A DNA stretch of 64,000 bases from Candidatus Omnitrophota bacterium (GTDB lineage: Bacteria > Omnitrophota > Gorgyraeia > Gygaellales > Gygaellaceae), in NCBI GenBank assembly GCA_018400015.1, contig JAGYNB010000001.1:264124-328123 (forward strand). Direction: 5' to 3'. The position numbers and the translations under genes are program-made. This document shows, in pieces, positions 30,347-38,021 of this stretch. The stretch's first letter is position 1. Each line of letters starts with the position of its first letter. The notes beneath the pieces were generated by a model that saw only the letters and a list, made by a program, of their open reading frames with translations, made no database searches and was not told the DNA's origin.

Positions 30347-33300
30347 GCTGTTAGTAAAAGGTATTAATAGCGAAAAGCATGCCTTTGCAGGTCCTAAAAT
30401 AGTACAGATTGATCTTACGGGTAAATGTAATAATAGTTGTATAGGCTGCTGGGTGCACTCTCCTTATATAAAAAACCCACCTAGAGACAAGAATGCAGTG
30501 CTTTCATTTGAAAGAATATCGAGATTAATAGATAATTTGGCACAGTTGGGTACGCGTGAGATTTTTTTATCAGGGGCAGGTGAACCTTTTTTGCATCCTG
30601 AAGTTTTCAGGATTATCGAGGCAATAAAAGCAAAAGGTTTAAAACTTAATATAATTACCAATTTTAGTTTGATCAATAGAAGAAATGCAGAGAAGTTGGT
30701 TGATTTGAAAGTAGATATGATTACAGCAAGCATTTGGGGAGGTGATGAGGACACCTATATAAAAACTCACCCAGGTAAATCCGCAAATGATTTTGCGGCA
30801 ATCAGAAACAATATTAAAACACTGTCGCAAATAAAGAATAAAAATAATGTTTTTTTCCCTCATGTTAAGATTTTTAATGTTATTTGCAATTTGAATTGCA
30901 ACAATATACATAGTATGATCGATTTTGCTTTGGAGGCCGAGGCAGAATCTATTGAATTTCAAATCATGGATATCGTCGAAGGCTCTACTGATTTTTTAAG
31001 GTTGTCATCAGATGATATCAATATTATTAAACAGCAATTTTGTACACTTTTTGAACGAAATGATCTGTTTTTTAGAGATATAAATGAATATAATGCAGAA
31101 AATAGCAGATCTCAAGAATTATTTGAATTTTCAGGAAGGTTTATCAAGATACCCGTTGGTTTTCGTTTAGAAGAGAAGATTGAATGTACCGAAGGTAAGA
31201 ATATTTGTTTGCGTTCCTTAATCTGTCCCTCCGGATTTACCAGTTTGCCTTCTGAATCCAATCCGTTAGTCAAAGAGGACTGCAATAAGATTATTTTTAA
31301 GCGCAGCAAAGAGGAGTGTATGAACTGCAGGCATTTTAAAACAGATTGTCCTGTAAATAGAGATTTCGATATTCCCTTTAAGTATCTTCAGGTTCTTGGA
31401 CATTATCCGTTTATGAGAAGAATTAATTCTGCGGATATATATAAAAAAGAATATGAGCGTGATTTTATTGATAAATTACCTTGTTACATCGGATGGATAT
31501 ATTCTCGAGTCATATCTACGGGAGACGTTATTCCATGTTGCAAAGCGATTAATAAACCGTTGGGTAATATCAATAAAGAATATTTCAAAGAGATATGGGA
31601 CTCACAAGATTACCAAGAATTCCGGTTTAATGCCAAAAATCTGTCAAAAGCTGATGGTTATTTTAATGAAATTGATTGTTTTAAATCATGTGATAACGTG
31701 GGAATGAATATTCAGATTATTGATAATTTATCCAAAATTAATCTGGAAAAAGATCATGGTTGTAAGCTCGAAGCTGTTTATAATGGAGCAAAGTTGTATA
31801 AAAAACTGCCTCAAGCAGAGCAACAAATAATAGTAATGGCAAATTCATTCCATAACGGAAATCTTAATAAATACACCGACGAATTCGGAAAAGGCGTAGT
31901 AATCGATGGCGGATTTAAATATGGTTATGCTGAGTATGAGGTAGACTTTACTAATTCTGGGATTTATGAATTATGGTTATGTTATGCCAGCAATGAGAAA
32001 AGAGGGTTAAAGATATATATTGATGGACAGTTAGTTAAGGATAAAGCAGCTGATTATATAACCGGTGGTTGGGATAAAAGTCATTTAATTTGGAGTAAAG
32101 AACTAAAGATTTCTAACATAAAAGGCAAGCATTATATAAAGTTTGCATCGAATAATGTTTTTCCCCATATACATAGTTTTGTTTTTTTATCGAATGTAAA
32201 AAGAGAAGATTCTGATTTGATTGAATGCGGTTGTGAACAGATTTATGATGGAAAATTTCCATTCGGTGTTTTACGTGAAAAAATTAAGCGAAATGGAATA
32301 ATAATTGCATTCCGGTCTTTAGCTAAGTATATCTTGTCAGGAAAGTTTTTGAATAGCTATCTTGATATTTTGGGCATTTTTAATGGCAGTTATGCATTCA
32401 AAGGCCCTTTTCATGTGCAAATTGATCTTACTTATCGGTGTAACAATGATTGTATTGGTTGTTGGTGTAACTCACCGCTTCTTGGAGAAAAACGGATAAC
32501 AAACGAGAAGAAAAACGAAACGTTGCCTTATCCGTTAGTGATTGATTTGTTGGATGAGATTTCAGCAATGGGTGTTAAGGAAATTTATTTTTCAGGCGGA
32601 GGAGAGCCTTTTATGCATCCGAATATATTCGAAATCTTAGAATATGCAAAATCAAAGAAGCTATTATGTTATATTAATACCAATTTTACTCTTTTGGACA
32701 AAGAGAAAATTAACAAACTTATTGAGTTGGGCATAGATCATTTGACTGTGAGTACTTGGGCGGCAACCGCACAGACTTATGCAAAAACGCATCCTAACAA
32801 GAACGAAGATACTTTTAATACTATTCGCGAGAACTTAAAGTTTCTTAATAGTGTTAAAAAAACAAAACCTCATATAAAACTTTATAATGTTATATTTAAT
32901 TATAATTATCATGAGTTAAAAGAGATGATCTTATTTGCAAAGGATACGGGTTGTGAATCGGTAGAGTTTACTGTTCTTGATACGATTCCCGGGAAAACGG
33001 ATAGACTGCTTTTAAATAAGGAGCAGATCAAGGAACTCGAAGAATCTGTGATCCAAATTAAGGCGGGTATAGACAGCAAAGGTTTATATGAGGGAGTGTT
33101 GTTGTTTCGGTTTGAATCGTTTTTAAGAAGGATTTCCTCGCGTGAGGATTTATCTAATGCAACGTACGATAGGAATATTATCGATAAAATTCCCTGTTAT
33201 ATCGGATGGTGTTTTTCACGCATTATGCCAAATGGCGATGTTAATGCATGTTTAAAGGCGCATCGCATACCCAGCGGTAATTTATTTCAGCAGAACTTCA

Positions 33301-34661
33301 GGGAGATTTGGAATGGCGATAAACAGATATTTTTTCGAAAAAAAACTTTAGTGAAAGAGAAGAAGGGAGAGTTTTTTACTCTTATTGGCAATGATCTGGA
33401 CATTAAAGAAGCAGGTTGTTATAAAAGTTGTGATGATATCGGAAGAAATATATATATGCATAATAGAATAATGTCTTTAACCCTTGTTGAGAGATTTTTT
33501 CTTAAGATTTTGTCAAAGATATTCAAAAAACCGCCAGTGTCCAAAGAGAACAAAATTCTTAAAAATAACGATTTGATAAGAAAAGGTATCTTAACGAAAC
33601 GTAAGGCATTTGTCGGGCCAGAACAGGTGGTGGTTGATATTACTAATCGTTGTAATTTAAGATGTGTTGCCTGCTGGTTGTATTCTCCTGTATTAAAGAA
33701 TCCTCCGAAAAGCGATATTTTATCTGCAGAGTTATCTTTCGATCGTTTATCCGGTTTAATTAAAGAGCTTGCGGCTATGGGTACAAAAAGAATAAGATTT
33801 ACCGGAGGAGGAGAGCCTTTTTTGTATTCTCGTATTTTTGATGCTATAGCCTTAGCCAAACAAAGAAAATTGATTTGTTCTGTGACAACAAATTTTACGT
33901 TATTAAATAAGAAAAAGATCGATGAATTGATTAAGCTTGGTATTGATGAACTTACTGTAAGTCTTTGGGCTTCAAACGAGGATAATTACAGGATAATGCA
34001 TCCGGGCTGTGCTCAGGATATGTTTAAAATGATAGACGATAATTTAGATATGCTTATACAAAATAAAAAAAAGAAACCTTTTGTTACTGCGGCCAATGTG
34101 ATATCCAATCTTAACTATCGATATCTTGAGCAGATGTTCGATTTTGCTGTAAAAAAAGGGTTGGATTCGGTCTACTTTACATTGCTTGATCCTTTAGAAG
34201 GTACAGATGAACTACTTTTGGATTCAGGGCAAAAGAAAGATGTTTTAAAACAGTGTGAGAATATAAAAAGAAAAATTAAACTGTTTTCATCAGAAAAAAG
34301 AATTGAATTGCATTATTTTGATGGTTTTATATCGAGGCTTACTCAATCTCAATCAAGAGACGGTAATTATGATAAACAAAGGGTCCAAGGCGTACCTTGT
34401 TATGCAGGATGGTTGTTTGCGAGGATAATGGCGGATGGGTCTGTGTCTCCTTGCTGTCGGGCAGTAAAGAAAACAATGGGCAACATCAATAAAAATTGTT
34501 TTAAGGATATTTGGTTCTCGCGAATATATAATGAGTTTAGATCCAAAGCACTGCTTTTAGATAAAGCCGATATTTATTTTAAAGATATAGGATGTTTTAA
34601 AACATGCGATAATCTAATGCATAATGAACATATGCATAATATTCTAACATATGGAAAGTAA
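30339..34661 (+). CDS. Triple radical SAM/SPASM(twitch) protein with internal CBM6/CBM35-like domain
   Basis: CNNSCIGC, CNNDCIGC and CNLRCVAC, each with G(A/G)GEPF and a C-terminal PCY(I/A)GW...GN...IW...C(F/Y)K(S/T)CD region; YAEYEVD..SGIYELWLCYAS...IDG...TGGW beta-sandwich. Confidence 0.88.
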   Translation: MDKLLVKGINSEKHAFAGPKIVQIDLTGKCNNSCIGCWVHSPYIKNPPRDKNAVLSFERISRLIDNLAQLGTREIFLSGAGEPFLHPEVFRIIEAIKAKGLKLNIITNFSLINRRNAEKLVDLKVDMITASIWGGDEDTYIKTHPGKSANDFAAIRNNIKTLSQIKNKNNVFFPHVKIFNVICNLNCNNIHSMIDFALEAEAESIEFQIMDIVEGSTDFLRLSSDDINIIKQQFCTLFERNDLFFRDINEYNAENSRSQELFEFSGRFIKIPVGFRLEEKIECTEGKNICLRSLICPSGFTSLPSESNPLVKEDCNKIIFKRSKEECMNCRHFKTDCPVNRDFDIPFKYLQVLGHYPFMRRINSADIYKKEYERDFIDKLPCYIGWIYSRVISTGDVIPCCKAINKPLGNINKEYFKEIWDSQDYQEFRFNAKNLSKADGYFNEIDCFKSCDNVGMNIQIIDNLSKINLEKDHGCKLEAVYNGAKLYKKLPQAEQQIIVMANSFHNGNLNKYTDEFGKGVVIDGGFKYGYAEYEVDFTNSGIYELWLCYASNEKRGLKIYIDGQLVKDKAADYITGGWDKSHLIWSKELKISNIKGKHYIKFASNNVFPHIHSFVFLSNVKREDSDLIECGCEQIYDGKFPFGVLREKIKRNGIIIAFRSLAKYILSGKFLNSYLDILGIFNGSYAFKGPFHVQIDLTYRCNNDCIGCWCNSPLLGEKRITNEKKNETLPYPLVIDLLDEISAMGVKEIYFSGGGEPFMHPNIFEILEYAKSKKLLCYINTNFTLLDKEKINKLIELGIDHLTVSTWAATAQTYAKTHPNKNEDTFNTIRENLKFLNSVKKTKPHIKLYNVIFNYNYHELKEMILFAKDTGCESVEFTVLDTIPGKTDRLLLNKEQIKELEESVIQIKAGIDSKGLYEGVLLFRFESFLRRISSREDLSNATYDRNIIDKIPCYIGWCFSRIMPNGDVNACLKAHRIPSGNLFQQNFREIWNGDKQIFFRKKTLVKEKKGEFFTLIGNDLDIKEAGCYKSCDDIGRNIYMHNRIMSLTLVERFFLKILSKIFKKPPVSKENKILKNNDLIRKGILTKRKAFVGPEQVVVDITNRCNLRCVACWLYSPVLKNPPKSDILSAELSFDRLSGLIKELAAMGTKRIRFTGGGEPFLYSRIFDAIALAKQRKLICSVTTNFTLLNKKKIDELIKLGIDELTVSLWASNEDNYRIMHPGCAQDMFKMIDDNLDMLIQNKKKKPFVTAANVISNLNYRYLEQMFDFAVKKGLDSVYFTLLDPLEGTDELLLDSGQKKDVLKQCENIKRKIKLFSSEKRIELHYFDGFISRLTQSQSRDGNYDKQRVQGVPCYAGWLFARIMADGSVSPCCRAVKKTMGNINKNCFKDIWFSRIYNEFRSKALLLDKADIYFKDIGCFKTCDNLMHNEHMHNILTYGK

Positions 34662-36042
34662 TAATTTAATTAGTTATTTGGATGTATTTTTCCAAAAAGA
34701 TTGCTTTGAAAGAATAAATTCAATTATTGATCCGGATAGCCTTCAATTTAAGCCTGCCAAAGAAGTTTACGAAGATTTAAGATATTATGTGTCTAGATTT
34801 AAGACTAACAAATTCGAATTTAACAGTTATTGCAATTTAAATACGGGTTTTCTATCAAAATTGTGCGATTTGATTATTAACGCTGATTTCTGTATCAAGT
34901 GGTCGAGCCCCGCAGTTTTCAAAAAGGATTTTAACGAAGATAATATTCTACAATTAAAGAAATCAGGATGTTATAGACTTGTTTTTGATTTGTTCTCTGC
35001 ATCGGATAATTTTCTTGAAAGAATGAAAATACCTTTTGACAGCCGAGTGGTTATAAATATATTGCAAAAGTGTAAAGAGCATGGGATTGATGTTGGAATT
35101 AGGTTGTTGTTTTATCATCCGCAGTCAGATATAACTGATTTTGATAACACATTGGAGTTTATTCGTTTAAATTCAGAATATATCAAGGAGATATCCTGCG
35201 TTGACTTATGTATTAGCTCTTTTTTGCGACAGCCTAGATGCAGGAATTTTTATTCCTGCAAAGGCGATAGTAATAATAATTATTCTTCTTTGGCTAAGCG
35301 CATCATGAAACCTTACCGCATAATCAAAGATTTAGGTATTCCGGCGGTTGTTTTTTCTCCATCTGAACAGCAGTTTGATTTAATCAATAGTTTCTTTACT
35401 CGCCACGTAATTTGTAACAGAAATTTATCTTTAGTTTTTGATGGCGGTTGTTGCCATATTTTCTGGAAGAATATGCGCTTAACTAAAGGTTTCGGAATAT
35501 ATACATCTATTTTTGCTTTAGGTAATTGGCAAGATTCTCGGCAGGTCGATTGGAAATTTGTCTGTAAAGACAATTCTAGCATAGTTGTTGTTGGCAATTG
35601 GAAATTCTTGCCTATAGTACAGCAATGGCGTATAGAGATGTTTGCTGAAAATAAGATTTCTTTTTGTGTAACTATGGAAATCAAGGATGGTATCATTATA
35701 GATGGTGAACAGCAGTTTAATGTCATGTTAGACTCAGTATATAAAAGCTGGTTTTTCTCTAAAGATCTTTCCAATATTTTTCCAGAATTTTTTAACAAAG
35801 AGTGGGTTAATTTATTTGAGAAAACAATTGAACACGCTGATTGTATTGGCGTTGAGGCAAATTCTGAAAAATTCCCTGATTTGAGATTGCGCTGCGATTT
35901 TTTCCATGGAAGAAAGCTGGCCGTATTGAACACGCCATTAGAGTTTAGTTCCAGAAAGCTTAAGGCATATTTTTTCGACATGAATAAAAAACCACCAGGG
36001 GAAATAGTTTATTTTAAAGGAGAGATTTTAATTGGCAAATAA
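34651..36042 (+). CDS. Degenerate radical SAM barrel (no CxxxCxxC) fused to unrecognised C-terminal domain
   Basis: N-half aligns by eye with the barrel of the next gene (LCDLII, KSGC, SASD..L.RM); C-half resembles the Wzt repeats. Confidence 0.7.
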   Translation: MESNNLISYLDVFFQKDCFERINSIIDPDSLQFKPAKEVYEDLRYYVSRFKTNKFEFNSYCNLNTGFLSKLCDLIINADFCIKWSSPAVFKKDFNEDNILQLKKSGCYRLVFDLFSASDNFLERMKIPFDSRVVINILQKCKEHGIDVGIRLLFYHPQSDITDFDNTLEFIRLNSEYIKEISCVDLCISSFLRQPRCRNFYSCKGDSNNNYSSLAKRIMKPYRIIKDLGIPAVVFSPSEQQFDLINSFFTRHVICNRNLSLVFDGGCCHIFWKNMRLTKGFGIYTSIFALGNWQDSRQVDWKFVCKDNSSIVVVGNWKFLPIVQQWRIEMFAENKISFCVTMEIKDGIIIDGEQQFNVMLDSVYKSWFFSKDLSNIFPEFFNKEWVNLFEKTIEHADCIGVEANSEKFPDLRLRCDFFHGRKLAVLNTPLEFSSRKLKAYFFDMNKKPPGEIVYFKGEILIGK

Positions 36043-38002
36043 TGTTTATGATGCTGCTTTAGTTATGATGCCTCCGTGGGAGCCTAAGATAGCGCCTTTA
36101 GGTCTTGCTTATATTGCTGAACATTTAAAAAGCAATGGGTTGAAAGTTAAGATTATTGATTTTAATCTGCGTCTTTATAAGCAGTCTGATGAGAGAAAGC
36201 GCATTTTTTGGAATATTTCCAACATTAACTTTATGCCTCTTCCGGAAATTACGGCCAGAATGTCAAGTTTATTTAAAAAAGAAATTGACGGTTTAACCGA
36301 TGAGCTTATTTCTTGTAACGCCGGTGTAATAGGTTTTTCTGTCAATATTACCAGTATTGGTCTTGCCGGCAAGATAAGTTCGATCATAAAGCAAAAGGAC
36401 AGCAGTAAAATAGTTGTTTTTGGGGGAACAGGTTGTTTTTGGCAAAATGATAGAGATAGTATTGCTAGAGAAGATTTGGCATCCATAGATGCTTTTGTGA
36501 TAGGGGAAGGAGAGGAAGCTTTCACAAAAATAGTCGAGAGTCGGGGAGAGTTAATTAACCAGCTTTCTTGTGTTCTCAGCAAAGAGCAGGGTTTTCAGAA
36601 TAGGGTAATGCCCTGTCATATTTCGGATATTAATTCTTTAAGTTTTCCTAAATTTGCTGATTTTGATTTGAATTCGTATTTAGATAAGCATGTACCGATG
36701 CTGATCAGCAGAGGATGTATAGGAGGATGTGTTTATTGCATTGACCGTTTAATGTGCGGTAAATATAGAGCAAGGGACGCAGAGAGTATTATCGAAGAAA
36801 TGCAATATCATATAAATTATAATAAAATCAACGATTTTGCTTTTAATGATTTGATATGCAACGGTGATCTCAGGCAGCTGGAGAAGCTATGTGATTTAAT
36901 TATCGCTTCCGGACTTAAAGTTGTATGGAATAGCTATGCAATGATACGTAAAGATATGACGAAGGATTTATTTGATAAGATGCATAAGGCGGGCTGCACA
37001 AGGTTATGTTATGGGATTGAGAGCGCTTCCGACGATGTATTAAAAAGAATGAATAAATTTTATCTTTCAGATGATGCCAAAAGGATAGTTCAATTAACTC
37101 ATGATGCGGGGATAAACACTGCTTTTAATGTTATAGTTGGTTTTCCCGGCGAAACAATGGAAGATTTTGAAGAAACAATTAGTTTTATTGTCGATAATCA
37201 CGCATCGATAAATGAAATAACTAATATATCAAGTTTTGCAGTAATGCAGAATTCAGTTTTAGGCAAAGATACAGAAAAGTTCGGTATAATTATTCCCGAA
37301 AATAAAGATCTAAACTATTTTGTTGATAATAGAGGGTTGGATTTAAACGGGAGAATTAAACGAGTTTATAAAACTGTATTTACATCCGTAATGCTGGGTA
37401 TTAAAAATGTTATTGTAAATGTACCAAGTTATAATATCAGTTCTGATAATAATTTGGTTATGATGATTAATTTACCTCCGGCACGTGTTGATATGCCGTG
37501 TTTAGGTCTGTTGAAGATGCACAATAAACTAAATATAGCGAATGTAAAGAAAATTATAAGGGATTCGAATATTGAGTTATTTCGGATGGTTAACGAGGAT
37601 GAAAAAAGATTATGGCTAACGGAAAATTATTTTTCTTGGTTAAAGCCAGAATTTCTATTGAAAGAATACAGCCATTTGAGTGATGTTTTTTTTCAATATA
37701 TAAACGATATTGTTTCTTCTGGCGCGGGGAGAATCTACTTTTTCATAAATAAGGAGAATTGGATGTTATCTTGTAAGATATCTAACTATCTTAAGAAGAT
37801 TAGGCCAGATCTATTACTTTTTTATAACCAGGATTCTTCCGAAGAATTTATTGCGATGGACGATATTGATTTTTGCAAGATTAAACCTTTTGTTGAAAGC
37901 TTTGAAAGAAAAGAAATCAAAGATAAACAACCATTAAAATATGATTTATTAGATTTAAGTTTATACGAAGATTTATGTTTACCTATAGACCTGATTAAAT
38001 AA
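36032..38002 (+). CDS. B12-binding radical SAM enzyme with C-terminal degenerate second B12-binding domain
   Basis: PPW..APLGLAYI, GEGE, SRGCIGGCVYC, GIESAS, GFPGET; C-terminal INLPP...PCLGL...RDSNIELF repeat; TTG start overlapping previous stop. Confidence 0.87.
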   Translation: MANNVYDAALVMMPPWEPKIAPLGLAYIAEHLKSNGLKVKIIDFNLRLYKQSDERKRIFWNISNINFMPLPEITARMSSLFKKEIDGLTDELISCNAGVIGFSVNITSIGLAGKISSIIKQKDSSKIVVFGGTGCFWQNDRDSIAREDLASIDAFVIGEGEEAFTKIVESRGELINQLSCVLSKEQGFQNRVMPCHISDINSLSFPKFADFDLNSYLDKHVPMLISRGCIGGCVYCIDRLMCGKYRARDAESIIEEMQYHINYNKINDFAFNDLICNGDLRQLEKLCDLIIASGLKVVWNSYAMIRKDMTKDLFDKMHKAGCTRLCYGIESASDDVLKRMNKFYLSDDAKRIVQLTHDAGINTAFNVIVGFPGETMEDFEETISFIVDNHASINEITNISSFAVMQNSVLGKDTEKFGIIIPENKDLNYFVDNRGLDLNGRIKRVYKTVFTSVMLGIKNVIVNVPSYNISSDNNLVMMINLPPARVDMPCLGLLKMHNKLNIANVKKIIRDSNIELFRMVNEDEKRLWLTENYFSWLKPEFLLKEYSHLSDVFFQYINDIVSSGAGRIYFFINKENWMLSCKISNYLKKIRPDLLLFYNQDSSEEFIAMDDIDFCKIKPFVESFERKEIKDKQPLKYDLLDLSLYEDLCLPIDLIK

Positions 38003-38021
38003 GCAAAAAAATAATAAAATT

